Assembly: GCA_029960955.1 (NCBI GenBank)
Contig: JASBVS010000002.1
Span: 146,470-210,469, forward strand
Direction: 5' to 3'
Source: Bacillota bacterium
Lineage (GTDB): Bacteria > Bacillota > Sulfobacillia > JAIMAT01
DNA length: 64,000 nucleotides
Both the position numbers and the translations under genes were made by a program. Positions 9,689 through 19,278 of this stretch are shown here, in pieces. The notes under the pieces are model-generated. The model was not told the origin of the DNA, searched no databases, and saw nothing but the letters and a program-made list of their open reading frames with translations. The first letter of the stretch is position 1. Each line of letters starts with the position of its first letter.

Positions 9689-10849
9689 TTGCCAGCTGCA
9701 CGGCTGCATCGTCGCCCGTGGTTGCCGGAGAAGGACGGACGGCGGCCGCGCCGCGCGCCGGCCTGGCTCTTTCGTCCGCCTTCCCTGCCGCATCCCGCGC
9801 AGGTGCGGACCCTTTTCGCGCCGGTCCTCTGCCCGCTGGGCGACACGCTCTTCGCCACGCCGGCGCTGCGCGCCCTGCGCCAGCGTTTTCCCTCCGCCGA
9901 GCTGACGGTGCTCGCCTGGTCCTCCAACGCCGAGTTGCTGGAGGGCAACCCGGCCGTCGACCGGCTCTGGGTGGCGGAGAGCCCTCTCGACTTGGCCCAC
10001 TGGCTGGTCACCTGCCAGGAAGCGCGCTTCGACCTGGCGGTCGGACTCTCCAACGCGGGCAGCTGGCTGGCCGCCTTCAGCGGGGCGCGCTGGCGGACCG
10101 GCTTCGGCGCGCAGAGCCTGGGGCTCTTCTACAACCTGCCGGCGCCCGACCGGCGGGACGTCCACGCCGTCGACTACGCCCTGGCCGTCGCCCGCGCCGC
10201 CGGCGCCGAAGCGGCGGGCGAGCCGTCGCCGGAGGTCTACCCCTCGCCGGCCGACCGCCGCTGGGCGCGGCGCTTCGAGCGGCGCTTCCGCCTGCCCGGC
10301 CGCCCGCTGGTGGCGCTCCACCCGGGCGGGCGCTTCTTCCCCCAGAAGCGCTGGCCGGCGGACCACTTCGCGCGCCTGGCCGCGGCGCTGGAGGCGCGCC
10401 GCGGCGCGCGCCTGGTGGTCGTCGGCGGGCCGGACGACGCCGCCGCGGGAGAGGCGATCCTCGCCGCGCTGGAGCGCCCCGAGGACGGCCGGAACCTGGC
10501 GGGCCGCGTCGGGCTGAGGCGGACGGCGGCCCTGCTGGCGCGCGTGGACCTCTTCGTGGGCAACGACTCGGCGCCGCTCCACCTCGCCGCGGCGGTGGGG
10601 ACGCCGACGCTGGCCCTCTTCGGCCCCACCGACCCGCGCAACTTCGCCCCGCGGGGGGAACGCCACCGCCTTCTGCGCGTGGAGATGGAATGCGCGCCCT
10701 GCATCCACTGGATGGGCGGAACGCTGGAGTACCTGGCCTCGCGCCGTCACCAGGAAGAGGTGCCCGCGGAGTGCATGCTGCGCATCACCCCGGAGAGGGT
10801 CCTCGCGGAGGCCGAGCGGCAGCTGGACCGCTGGGGGCTGAGAGGATGA
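9689..10849 (+). CDS. Glycosyltransferase family 9 (ADP-heptose heptosyltransferase-like)
   Basis: LGDTLFATPALRALR, LHPGG...KRWP, VGNDSAPLHLAAAVGTPTLALFGPT and a C-terminal CAPC...C. TTG start chosen from the SD. Confidence 0.88.
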   Translation: MPAARLHRRPWLPEKDGRRPRRAPAWLFRPPSLPHPAQVRTLFAPVLCPLGDTLFATPALRALRQRFPSAELTVLAWSSNAELLEGNPAVDRLWVAESPLDLAHWLVTCQEARFDLAVGLSNAGSWLAAFSGARWRTGFGAQSLGLFYNLPAPDRRDVHAVDYALAVARAAGAEAAGEPSPEVYPSPADRRWARRFERRFRLPGRPLVALHPGGRFFPQKRWPADHFARLAAALEARRGARLVVVGGPDDAAAGEAILAALERPEDGRNLAGRVGLRRTAALLARVDLFVGNDSAPLHLAAAVGTPTLALFGPTDPRNFAPRGERHRLLRVEMECAPCIHWMGGTLEYLASRRHQEEVPAECMLRITPERVLAEAERQLDRWGLRG

Positions 10850-12015
10850 GCGGCATGCGCGTCGCCATGTTCACCGACAGCTATACGCCCTACGTCAGCG
10901 GCGTCGTCCGCTCCATCCTGCTGCTCAAGCGCGAGCTGGAGCGGATGGGCCACGAGGTGACCGTCTTCGCGCCCGACTACCCGGGCGTCTCGCCCGAGGC
11001 GGACCAGGCGGAGCGGGTGATCCGCCTCCCCTCGCTGCCCGCGCCGACGCAGCCGGACTTCCACGTGCCCATCCCCTGGGCGCCGGGCATCACGCGTCGC
11101 CTCCGCCAGCTGGAGGTGGAGGTGGTCCACAGCCACTCGCCCTTCGTCGCGGGCGGGGTGGCCGCCGCGGCGGCGCGGCGCCTGGGCCTGCCGCTGGTCT
11201 TCACCTATCACACGCGCTACGACCTCTACACCCACTACGCGCCCATCGACGTGCCGCTGACCCGGCGCGTGGTGGCGGAGTGGGCCACCTTCTACGCCAA
11301 CTCGGCCGACCAGGTGATCGCCCCCTCGCCCTCGCTCGCCCGCTGGCTCGAGGGGCAGGGCGTCACCTCGCCGATCCGGGTCATCCCCAGCGGCATCGAC
11401 CTGGAGGTGCTGCGGGCGGGCGACCCGGAGTGGCTTCGCGGGAGGCTCGGCCTCGAGCCGGCCGCGCGCATCGTCCTCTACGCGGGGCGGCTGGGGGCGG
11501 AGAAGAATCTCGACCTTCTCTTCCGCGCCTTTGCCCGCGTGGCGGAGGCGCGCCCGGACGTCCACCTGGCGCTGGCGGGCGACGGGACGGAGCGGCGCCG
11601 CCTGGAGGCGTGGGCGAGGGAGGCGCCGCTGGCGGGGCGGGTCCACTTCCTGGGCACGCTGGCGCCCGAGGAGCTCCGCCACGCCTACCACGGGGCCACC
11701 TGCTTCGCCTTCCCCTCCACCAGCGAGACGCAGGGCCTGGTGCTGGCCGAGGCGATGGGCGCCGGCCTCCCGCCGGTGGCGGTGGCGGCGCCGGCCAGCT
11801 GCGACACCGTCCGTGACGGCGTCGACGGGCTGCTGGTGCCGGATTCGGAGGAAGCGATGGCGGCCGCCCTCCTCCGGCTGGTGGACGACCCGCGGCTGCG
11901 CGCCCTGCTGGGCAGCGAGGCGAGGCGCCGCGCCGAGAGCTTCTCCGTCCGGAGGACGACCGCCCTGGTCGTGGCCACCTACGAGGCCGCCCTCGCCTCC
12001 GCCTTGCGGCTGTGA
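10846..12015 (+). CDS. Glycosyltransferase family 4 (diacylglycerol glucosyltransferase-like)
   Basis: MFTDSYTPYVSGVVRS, HSHSPF, TYHT, GRLGAEKN and SETQGLVLAEAM. Confidence 0.9.
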   Translation: MSGMRVAMFTDSYTPYVSGVVRSILLLKRELERMGHEVTVFAPDYPGVSPEADQAERVIRLPSLPAPTQPDFHVPIPWAPGITRRLRQLEVEVVHSHSPFVAGGVAAAAARRLGLPLVFTYHTRYDLYTHYAPIDVPLTRRVVAEWATFYANSADQVIAPSPSLARWLEGQGVTSPIRVIPSGIDLEVLRAGDPEWLRGRLGLEPAARIVLYAGRLGAEKNLDLLFRAFARVAEARPDVHLALAGDGTERRRLEAWAREAPLAGRVHFLGTLAPEELRHAYHGATCFAFPSTSETQGLVLAEAMGAGLPPVAVAAPASCDTVRDGVDGLLVPDSEEAMAAALLRLVDDPRLRALLGSEARRRAESFSVRRTTALVVATYEAALASALRL

Positions 12016-13055
12016 GCTCCCGCGCCCTCCGCCGTGGGCTTCTCCTCTCGCTCGGCCTCAGCGTCGCCGGCGTGGTGCTCGTCCTCCTGGCGAGCGGCGG
12101 GCGGCAGGCGCTGGACGCGGTCCTGCGCGCCCGCCCCGGCTGGTACGGCCTCGCGGTGGCGCTCATCTTCCTCGCCTGGTGGCTGCGCGCCTGGCGGATC
12201 GTCGTCCTGGCGCGGGCGCTGGGCCACCCGATGCCGCCCGGGCGGGCTTGGACCTACTACTTGGCCAGCGTCTTCGTCTCGCACGTCACCCCCACCAGCT
12301 CGGGCGGGCTTCCCGTCCTCCTGGCGCTGCTCGTGCGCGACGGCATGCCGGCCGGCCGGGCCTCCGCCCTGGTCCTGCTGGAGTCGGTGCTCACCTCGCT
12401 GGTCTTCGCCGTGGCGGCGCCGCTCCTCATCCTGGCCGGGCCGGTGGCGCACCTCGCCTCCGGCCTGCGTGCGAGCCTGGCGACGCTCGTCGGCGCCTTC
12501 GCCGGCGTGGCCCTCCTCCTTCTGGCCCTGCTCCTCTGGCCCGACCTGCTGGCGCGGCTGATCCTGCGCGCCGGCGCCAACCGCCTCCTCCTCCGCCTCC
12601 TCGGCCCCCGGCGGGCCGCCCGCTGGCGGAGCGTCGCCCGCCGGGAGGTGCGTCGCTTCACCGTGGCGATGCGCTGGATGGTGGCGCGCCGCTGGGGGGC
12701 GCTTCTGGGCACCGTCCTGCTCAGCATCCTCTACTGGACGGCCTACCTGGCCATCCTGCCCGTGTTGATGGTGGGGCTGGGTGTAAGATTCACCTGGTAT
12801 GCGCCGGTGGCCGTCCAGCTTCTCTTCAACCTGGTTCAACCCGCGATCCCGACGCCGGGAGGAAGCGGTGGCGCGGAGCTCCTCTTCGCCTACCTGGTGC
12901 GGGGGCTGGTTCCGCCGCAGGAAGTGAGCCCGCTGGTGCTCCTCTGGCGCTCGGTCACCTTCTACCTGAGCGTGGCGCTGGGCGGCGTGGCGGCCATCCT
13001 GACCCTCCGGCCGCTCGCCCGCCGCCGCCCGCTGGCCGAGCGCCGGGCGCCCTGA
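12012..13055 (+). CDS. Lysylphosphatidylglycerol synthase TM / flippase-like membrane protein (UPF0104-like)
   Basis: Multi-pass hydrophobic protein with HVTPTSSGG, PTPGGSGGAE and LLWR motifs. Confidence 0.82.
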   Translation: MSSRALRRGLLLSLGLSVAGVVLVLLASGGRQALDAVLRARPGWYGLAVALIFLAWWLRAWRIVVLARALGHPMPPGRAWTYYLASVFVSHVTPTSSGGLPVLLALLVRDGMPAGRASALVLLESVLTSLVFAVAAPLLILAGPVAHLASGLRASLATLVGAFAGVALLLLALLLWPDLLARLILRAGANRLLLRLLGPRRAARWRSVARREVRRFTVAMRWMVARRWGALLGTVLLSILYWTAYLAILPVLMVGLGVRFTWYAPVAVQLLFNLVQPAIPTPGGSGGAELLFAYLVRGLVPPQEVSPLVLLWRSVTFYLSVALGGVAAILTLRPLARRRPLAERRAP

Positions 13056-13085
13056 GCGCCGGCGGCGTGGAGAGGGGAAAGTCCG

Positions 13086-14111
13086 GTGCGGACGAGCGAA
13101 CGCCTGGAGGAAGTGCTGCGCGCCTGGAGGGAGTGCCGCGTGGTCGTCGTCGGCGACCTGATCGCCGACCACTACGTGGCCGGCGAGGTGCGCCGGATCT
13201 CGCGCGAGGCGCCGGTCATGATCGTCGAGCAGCAGCAGGAGTGGTACCGGCCGGGCGGCGCGGCCAACGCGGCCCAGGGCGCCCGCGCCCTGGGCGCCTC
13301 CGTCACCGTCCTGGGCATGGTCGGCGCCGACCCGCCGGGGCGCCGTCTCCTGGACGCCCTGGCCGAGCAGGGGATCGACACCCATTCGGTGCTGGTCGCC
13401 GGCGACCGGGCCACCGCCGTCAAGACGAGGATCCTCGCGGGCGGGCCCCAGGCGCTCCGCCAGCAGGTCCTGCGCGTCGACCGGACGCCCGCGCCGCCCT
13501 CGGCCGGCGAGCTGCAGCCGCTGGTCGACCGCCTCGGGCGGCTCCTCGACGGGGCGGACGCCGTCCTCCTCTCCGACTACGGCCACGGGCTCCTCGCCCC
13601 CGCCCTGATCGCGCGCGTGCGCGAGGTGGCGGGCCGGCTGGGCATCCCCGTCACGGCCGACTCCCGCTACCGGCTGGGCGACTTCCGCGGCCTGGCCGCG
13701 GCCACCCCCAACCAGCCGGAGGCGGAGGCGCTGGTCGGCCGGCCGCTCGAGGACGAGGCGGCGCTGGTCGAGGCGGGGCGGTCGCTGCGCGAGGCGCTGG
13801 AGCTCGACACGCTGGTCATCACCCGGGGCGAGCGGGGCATGACGGTCTTCACGCCCCGGCAGGCCCGCCACATCCCCGCCCTGGAGGTGGCCGAGGTCTT
13901 CGACGTGACCGGGGCGGGCGACACGGTCATCGCCACCCTGACGCTGGGGCTGGCGGTCGGCCTGGACCCCGTCGAGGCGGCGGAGGTGGCCAACGTGGCC
14001 GCCGGCCTGGTCGTCCGCAAGCTGGGCGCCGCCACCGTCAGCCCGGACGAACTGCGGGAGGGATGGCGAGCATGGCTGGCTTCGACCGGGAGCAGCGTGG
14101 CGCCGAGCTGA
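13086..14111 (+). CDS. PfkB family kinase, HldE/RfaE domain I-like (heptose-7-phosphate kinase-like)
   Basis: VVGDLIADHY, RISREAPV, GGAANAA, LSDYGHG, TPNQPEA and DVTGAGDTV; no adenylyltransferase domain. Confidence 0.85.
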   Translation: MRTSERLEEVLRAWRECRVVVVGDLIADHYVAGEVRRISREAPVMIVEQQQEWYRPGGAANAAQGARALGASVTVLGMVGADPPGRRLLDALAEQGIDTHSVLVAGDRATAVKTRILAGGPQALRQQVLRVDRTPAPPSAGELQPLVDRLGRLLDGADAVLLSDYGHGLLAPALIARVREVAGRLGIPVTADSRYRLGDFRGLAAATPNQPEAEALVGRPLEDEAALVEAGRSLREALELDTLVITRGERGMTVFTPRQARHIPALEVAEVFDVTGAGDTVIATLTLGLAVGLDPVEAAEVANVAAGLVVRKLGAATVSPDELREGWRAWLASTGSSVAPS

Positions 14112-14875
14112 CGCCGGGGGAGGGGAGCCGGTCCGGCAAGCAGGCGTACGTGGAGGCCATCTTCGACCGCATCGCGCCGCGCTACGACCGGATGAACCGG
14201 CTGATGACGCTGGGCCTCTGGTGGTACTGGCAGTGGTCCTTCCGGCGGCTGGCGGGCATCCGGCCGGGCGACAGGGTGCTGGACGTGGGCTGCGGCACCG
14301 CCGAGCTCTCGCTCCTGGCCGCCCGCGAGACCGGGCCGGGCGGCCGCGTCACCGGCGTCGACATCGCCGAGGGCATGCTGCGCGTCTGCCGGCAGAAGAT
14401 CGCGGGCAGCCCGCTGGCCGGCCGGCTCGAATTCCTGCGGGCCGACGCCCAGGCGCTGCCCTTCCCCGACGGCAGCTTCGACGTGGTCGTCTCCGGCTTC
14501 ATGCTGCGCAACGTCGCCTCGCTGGATCGCGCCCTGGGCGAGATGGCGCGTGTCCTCCGCCCCGGCGGTCGCGTGGCGGTGCTGGAGCTGACCCACCCGC
14601 CGTCGCGCTGGGTGGCCGCCCCCTACCTGGCCTACTTCCGCCACGTGGTCCCCTGGCTGGGCCGCTGGGCGCGGCGCGAGGGCGACCCGCTGCCGCCCTA
14701 CGCCTGGCTGCCCGAGTCGCTGCGCGAGATACCGCCCGCCCCGGAACTGGCGCGCCGCCTGGAGCGGGCGGGCTTCAGCCGCGTCGCCTACCGCTACCTG
14801 AGCGCGGGTGTGGTGGCCGTCCACACCGGCGAGAAGCCGGGGCGGAGGGAGCGGGGCGCCCGGCCGCCGGCCTGA
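14072..14875 (+). CDS. menG: Demethylmenaquinone methyltransferase (UbiE/MenG family)
   Basis: FDRIAPRYDRMN, VLDVGCGT, LPFPDGSFD and EMARVLRPGG; start is ATG 14063 or 14072. Confidence 0.85.
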   Translation: MAGFDREQRGAELTPGEGSRSGKQAYVEAIFDRIAPRYDRMNRLMTLGLWWYWQWSFRRLAGIRPGDRVLDVGCGTAELSLLAARETGPGGRVTGVDIAEGMLRVCRQKIAGSPLAGRLEFLRADAQALPFPDGSFDVVVSGFMLRNVASLDRALGEMARVLRPGGRVAVLELTHPPSRWVAAPYLAYFRHVVPWLGRWARREGDPLPPYAWLPESLREIPPAPELARRLERAGFSRVAYRYLSAGVVAVHTGEKPGRRERGARPPA

Positions 14876-14902
14876 GCACTCTTCGCCGCCGGCGGGGGCG
14901 AC

Positions 14903-14925
14903 TACAATTGTGACACGGGTCGAAA
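14903..14925 (+). promoter_or_regulatory. -10 TACAAT overlapped by a degenerate Rex/CRP-type site (TTGTGA-N6-TCGAAA)
   Basis: AT-rich island just upstream of hemA; the left half-site is perfect and the right half-site matches 4 of 6 positions. Confidence 0.4.
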
Positions 14926-14941
14926 CGAACCGGAATCGCGG

Positions 14942-16312
14942 GTGATGGCCGCTTCCATGTCCGTCGTGGTGGTGGGGCTCAATCACAAGACGGCCAAGCT
15001 GGCGCTGCGCGAGCGCGCCTCCTGGTCGGAGGCGGAGATCCCCTCGGCGCTGCGCGCCCTGGTGACGCTCCCCGGTGTCCACGAGGCCGCCATCCTGGCC
15101 ACGTGCAACCGGGTGGAGATCTACGCCGCGGTCGACAGCCCGGCGCGCGAGGCGGGGCGGATCCGCGCCTGGTGGGGCGACGGGCGCGGGCTGGGCCCGC
15201 ACCTGGAGGAGTCGGGCTACCTTTACGTGGACGCCGAGGCCGCCGGCCACCTTTTCAGCGTCACCGCCGGCCTCGACTCGCTGGTCCTGGGCGAGACGCA
15301 GATCCTCGGCCAGGTCCGCCAGGCCTACCGGACCGCCCAGCTGGCCGGCACCCTCGGGAAGAACCTGTACGAGCTCTTCGACCGGGCGCTGGCGGCGGCC
15401 AAGCGCATCCACACCGAGACGGCGCTCAGCCGGACGCCCGTCAGCGTCCCCCACGCCGCCGTCGAGCTGATCCGCCGCATCTTCCCCGACCTGCGCCAGC
15501 GGGCGGCGCTGGTGGTGGGCGCGGGCCGCACGGCGGCGCTCGCCGCCCGGCAGCTGGCGGCGGGGCAGCCCGGACGGCTGGTGATCGCCAACCGGACGCC
15601 GGCCCGCGCCGGCGCGCTGGCGCGCGAGGTGGGCGCCGAGGCGGCCGGCCTCGAGGCGCTGGATCCGCTCCTGGGGCAGGTCGACGTGGTCCTGACGGCC
15701 ACCAGCTCGCCCCGCCTCCTGGTGACGCGCGAGATGGTGGCGCGGGCGCTGGAGAACCGCGAGCGGCCCCTCTTCCTGGTCGACATCGCGGTGCCGCGCA
15801 ACGTCGACCCCCAGGCGGGCTCGCTGGAGGGCGCCTACCTCTACGTCATCGACGACCTGCAGGTGCTGGTGGCGCGGGAGCTGGAGGCCAGGGCGCGCGA
15901 GGCGGCCCGCGCCCGGGCCATCGTCGCCGAGGAGGTCGCCGCCTTCGGCGAGTGGCAGGCCTCGCAGAGCGTCGTACCCCTCGTCCGCGACCTCGTCCGG
16001 CGGGCCGAGGCGATCCGCCAGGCCGAGCTGGAGAAGACGCTCCACCGCCTGCCCGAGCTGGACGAGCGCCAGCGCCAGGCGCTGGAGCAGCTGACCGGCA
16101 GCATCGTCCACAAGCTCCTCCACGATCCCATCGAGAGCCTGAAGCAGTCCGCCTCGCGGCCGGAGGGGGCCGAACTGGCCGGCGCCTTCCGCCGCCTCTT
16201 CCGTCTCGAGGAGGTCGAGGGGGCGTCCGGGCAGGCGCCCGCCGCTGGGACCGGGCGGGCGGAGGCCGGCGGCGCCGCCGTCGCCGCGCGGCTGGAGGAG
16301 CGGGCGCGATGA
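14942..16312 (+). CDS. hemA: Glutamyl-tRNA reductase
   Basis: GLNHKTA, TCNRVE, GLDSLVLGETQILGQV and DIAVPRNVD; the start may be ATG 14957. Confidence 0.96.
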   Translation: MMAASMSVVVVGLNHKTAKLALRERASWSEAEIPSALRALVTLPGVHEAAILATCNRVEIYAAVDSPAREAGRIRAWWGDGRGLGPHLEESGYLYVDAEAAGHLFSVTAGLDSLVLGETQILGQVRQAYRTAQLAGTLGKNLYELFDRALAAAKRIHTETALSRTPVSVPHAAVELIRRIFPDLRQRAALVVGAGRTAALAARQLAAGQPGRLVIANRTPARAGALAREVGAEAAGLEALDPLLGQVDVVLTATSSPRLLVTREMVARALENRERPLFLVDIAVPRNVDPQAGSLEGAYLYVIDDLQVLVARELEARAREAARARAIVAEEVAAFGEWQASQSVVPLVRDLVRRAEAIRQAELEKTLHRLPELDERQRQALEQLTGSIVHKLLHDPIESLKQSASRPEGAELAGAFRRLFRLEEVEGASGQAPAAGTGRAEAGGAAVAARLEERAR

Positions 16313-17250
16313 AGATCCGCGTCGGGACGCGGGGCTCGCGCCTGGCGCTCTCCCAGGCCGCCTCCGTCCGGCAGGCGCTCCTCGCCCTCGTCCCCGACGA
16401 CGTGGAGGTGGCGCTGGTCCCCATCGTCACCAGGGGCGACCGCCGCCAGGACGTCTCCCTCGCCCGCCTCCGCGGCCGCGGCGTCTTCGTCAAGGAAGTG
16501 GAGCAGGCGCTGCTCGACGGTCGCGTCCAGATGGCGGTGCACAGCGCCAAAGACCTGACCTCGCTCCTCCCCCAGGGCCTCCGCCTGGCCGCCTTCCCGC
16601 CCCGGCAGGACCCGCGCGACGCGCTCCTCACCCCCCTGGGCCGGCCGGCCGCCACGCTCTCGAGCCTTCCTCGCGGCGCGCGCGTGGCCACGGGGAGCAT
16701 CCGCCGCCAGGCGCAGCTCCGCCACCTGCGCCCGGACCTGGAGCTGGTCGACCTGCGCGGCAACGTCGAGACCCGGCTCAGGCGGCTCGACGCGGGCGAG
16801 TTCGACGCGCTCGTCCTGGCCGTGGCCGGGCTGGCGCGGCTGGGCGTCGCCGGCCGGGCCTGGACGCTGCTGGAGCCGGGGGAGATGCTGCCGGCGGTCG
16901 GCCAGGGGGCGCTGGCCGTGGAGATCCGCGACGAGCCCGGCCCGGTCGCGGAGTGGGCGGAGCGCCTGAACGACCCCGAGACGGCGCTCTGCGTCACCGT
17001 CGAGCGGGAGTTCCTGGCCGCCTTCGGCGGCGGCTGCGAGGTGCCGCTGGCGGCGCTGGCCCGGCTCTCGCCCGACGGGGCCACCGTCACCCTGGCCGCC
17101 CGCGCCCTCGACCCGGGCGGGACGAGGATGCTGGAGACGCGATGCAGCGCTCCCCGCGAGGCCCCGGAAGGGCTGGGCCGGCGGGCGGCCGAGGAGCTGA
17201 TCGCCCGGGGGGCGCTGGAGCTGGTGGGACGCCATGCCGGAAGGCGATGA
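16309..17250 (+). CDS. hemC: Hydroxymethylbilane synthase
   Basis: VGTRGSRLAL, GVFVKEVE, VHSAKD, RGNVETRL, PAVGQGAL and GGGCEVP. Confidence 0.96.
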   Translation: MKIRVGTRGSRLALSQAASVRQALLALVPDDVEVALVPIVTRGDRRQDVSLARLRGRGVFVKEVEQALLDGRVQMAVHSAKDLTSLLPQGLRLAAFPPRQDPRDALLTPLGRPAATLSSLPRGARVATGSIRRQAQLRHLRPDLELVDLRGNVETRLRRLDAGEFDALVLAVAGLARLGVAGRAWTLLEPGEMLPAVGQGALAVEIRDEPGPVAEWAERLNDPETALCVTVEREFLAAFGGGCEVPLAALARLSPDGATVTLAARALDPGGTRMLETRCSAPREAPEGLGRRAAEELIARGALELVGRHAGRR

Positions 17251-18040
17251 GGCCGGCCGGCGGCTGGCCGGCCGGCGCGTGGCGCTGGTCGCGCTGGGCG
17301 AGGACCGCCGCCTGGCCCGCCTCCTGGAGGAGCGGGGGGCGGAGCCCCTCGTCCTGCCGCTCCTGCGCATCGAACTCGCCCCCGCCGGCGCGCTGGAGGC
17401 GCTGCGCGCGGCCCTGGCCAGGCTCGAGGAAGGCGACTGGCTCGCCCTCACCAGCGCCCGCGCGGTGCGCGCCCTTTCCGCGCTGGCGGCGGAGCTCGGC
17501 GGGCGGCCGCCAGGCGGCTTCCTGGCGGGGAGGAAGCTGCGCGTCGCCGCCGTCGGAGAGGCGACCGCGCGCGCGGCCGAGGAGGCGGGGCTCGCGGTGG
17601 AGCGGACGGGGCGCGCGGGCGACCTGGCGCTGGCGGAGGAGCTGGCGCGGGCGGGCGCGCGACGGGTCCTGCTGCCCCGTTCCGAGGCGGCCGACAAGGC
17701 GTTCCCGGAGCGGCTGCGGGAGCTGGGCGTCGAGCCGCTTCCCGTCACGGTCTACCGCAACAGCCTCGACCGGGGGGCGCTGCCCGCCGCGGCGGCGCTC
17801 CTCCGCCGGCGACGCCCCGAGGCGGCGCTCCTGACCAGCGCCTCCACCGCCGCCGCCCTGGCGGCGGCGGTGCGCGAGGCGGGCGTCGAGCCGCCGCCGG
17901 CCGGGGCGATCGGCGAGTCGACGCGCCGGGCGGCGGAGGCGGCGGGACTGCGCGTCGCCTTCGTGGCGTCGCAGCCCTCCTACGGGGAGCTGGTCGGGGC
18001 GCTGGAACGCTTCCTTGGAGGGAAGGGCGAAAGAGGGTAG
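17234..18040 (+). CDS. hemD: Uroporphyrinogen-III synthase
   Basis: LTSARAV, AVGEATA, VYRN, LTSASTA and AIGEST; lies between hemC and hemB. Confidence 0.85.
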   Translation: MPEGDEAGRRLAGRRVALVALGEDRRLARLLEERGAEPLVLPLLRIELAPAGALEALRAALARLEEGDWLALTSARAVRALSALAAELGGRPPGGFLAGRKLRVAAVGEATARAAEEAGLAVERTGRAGDLALAEELARAGARRVLLPRSEAADKAFPERLRELGVEPLPVTVYRNSLDRGALPAAAALLRRRRPEAALLTSASTAAALAAAVREAGVEPPPAGAIGESTRRAAEAAGLRVAFVASQPSYGELVGALERFLGGKGERG

Positions 18041-18112
18041 GGCGAAGGGAAGGGCGGGGCGGAGCGCGCCTCCGTCCCGGCGTCGAAGATGGGAGAAGGG
18101 GGGGCGCCGTCC

Positions 18113-19114
18113 ATGGCGACGACCGAAGGGGGCCGCGCCGCGGCCTTTCCCGCGGTGCGCATGCGCAGGCTGCGCGAGAACCCGGTGATCCGCGAGATGG
18201 TGAGGGAGACGCGCCTCTCGCCGCGCGAGCTGATCCAGCCCTTCTTCGTCCGCGAGGGGAAGGGCGAGCGGGAGCCGGTGCCCGCCATGCCCGGGGTGGA
18301 GCGGCTCAGCGTCGACCAGCTGCTCGTCGAGGCGCGACGGACCTACGAGGCCGGCGTGCCCGCCGTCCTCCTCTTCGGCATCCCCGACACGAAGGACGAG
18401 GCGGGCTCCCAGGCCTACGCCCGCGACGGCGTCGTCCAGCGGGCCGTGCGCGAGCTGAAGTCGGCGCTGCCCGAGCTGGTGGTGATCACCGACGTCTGCC
18501 TCTGCGAGTACACCTCGCACGGGCACTGCGGGCTGATCATCAACGGGCGCGTGGCCAACGACCCGACGCTGGAGCTGCTGGCCGAGACCGCCGTCTCCCA
18601 CGCCGAGGCCGGCGCCGACATCGTGGCGCCCTCGGACATGATGGACGGCCGCATCGCCGCCATCCGGCACGCGCTGGACGAGGCCGGGTACACGGAGACG
18701 CTGGTCCTCTCCTACGCGGCCAAGTTCGCCAGCACCTTCTACGGGCCGTTCCGCGAGGCCGCCGGCTCGGCGCCCGCCTTCGGCGACCGGCGGAGCTACC
18801 AGATGGACCCGGCCGACGGCGACCAGGCGCTCCGCGAGGTGGCGCTGGACGTGGAGGAGGGCGCGGACATGATCATGGTCAAGCCGGCGCTCCCCTACCT
18901 GGACGTGATCCGCCGCGTGCGGGAGCGCTTCCTCCTGCCGCTGGTCGCCTACCAGGTCTCCGGCGAGTACGCCATGATCCGCTTCGCGGCGCAGGCGGGC
19001 GCGCTGGACGAGGAGGCGGCCGTCCTGGAGTCGCTCACCGCCATCCGGCGCGCCGGGGCGCAGATGATCATCACCTACTTCGCCACCGACGTGGCCAGGC
19101 GCCTGGGCGCCTGA
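18113..19114 (+). CDS. hemB: Porphobilinogen synthase (Zn-type)
   Basis: [41 protein letters not shown] and YQVSGEY. Confidence 0.97.
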   Translation: MATTEGGRAAAFPAVRMRRLRENPVIREMVRETRLSPRELIQPFFVREGKGEREPVPAMPGVERLSVDQLLVEARRTYEAGVPAVLLFGIPDTKDEAGSQAYARDGVVQRAVRELKSALPELVVITDVCLCEYTSHGHCGLIINGRVANDPTLELLAETAVSHAEAGADIVAPSDMMDGRIAAIRHALDEAGYTETLVLSYAAKFASTFYGPFREAAGSAPAFGDRRSYQMDPADGDQALREVALDVEEGADMIMVKPALPYLDVIRRVRERFLLPLVAYQVSGEYAMIRFAAQAGALDEEAAVLESLTAIRRAGAQMIITYFATDVARRLGA

Positions 19115-19151
19115 CCGCCTCCGGCGCCTGTCGCGCGCGTCAACCCGCGAG

Positions 19152-19183
19152 GCCGCCGCATCCCGCCGGATGCGGCGGCTTTC
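19152..19183 (+). terminator. Intrinsic terminator-like hairpin after hemB
   Basis: 12-bp stem GCCGCCGCATCC/GGATGCGGCGGC followed by TTTC. Confidence 0.6.
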
Positions 19184-19278
19184 CTGCCAAGGAGCAGGAG
19201 TGACGCCGCGTCGACCCGTACAATGGAGGTGACGCATCCGTAAAATCCGCATTCGCGCGAAGGAAGGGAGGAGCGCCG

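Noticed and set aside
19115..19278. Cobalamin riboswitch upstream of the mutase
   Set aside because: The space left after the hemB terminator is short and no B12-box motifs are recognisable.
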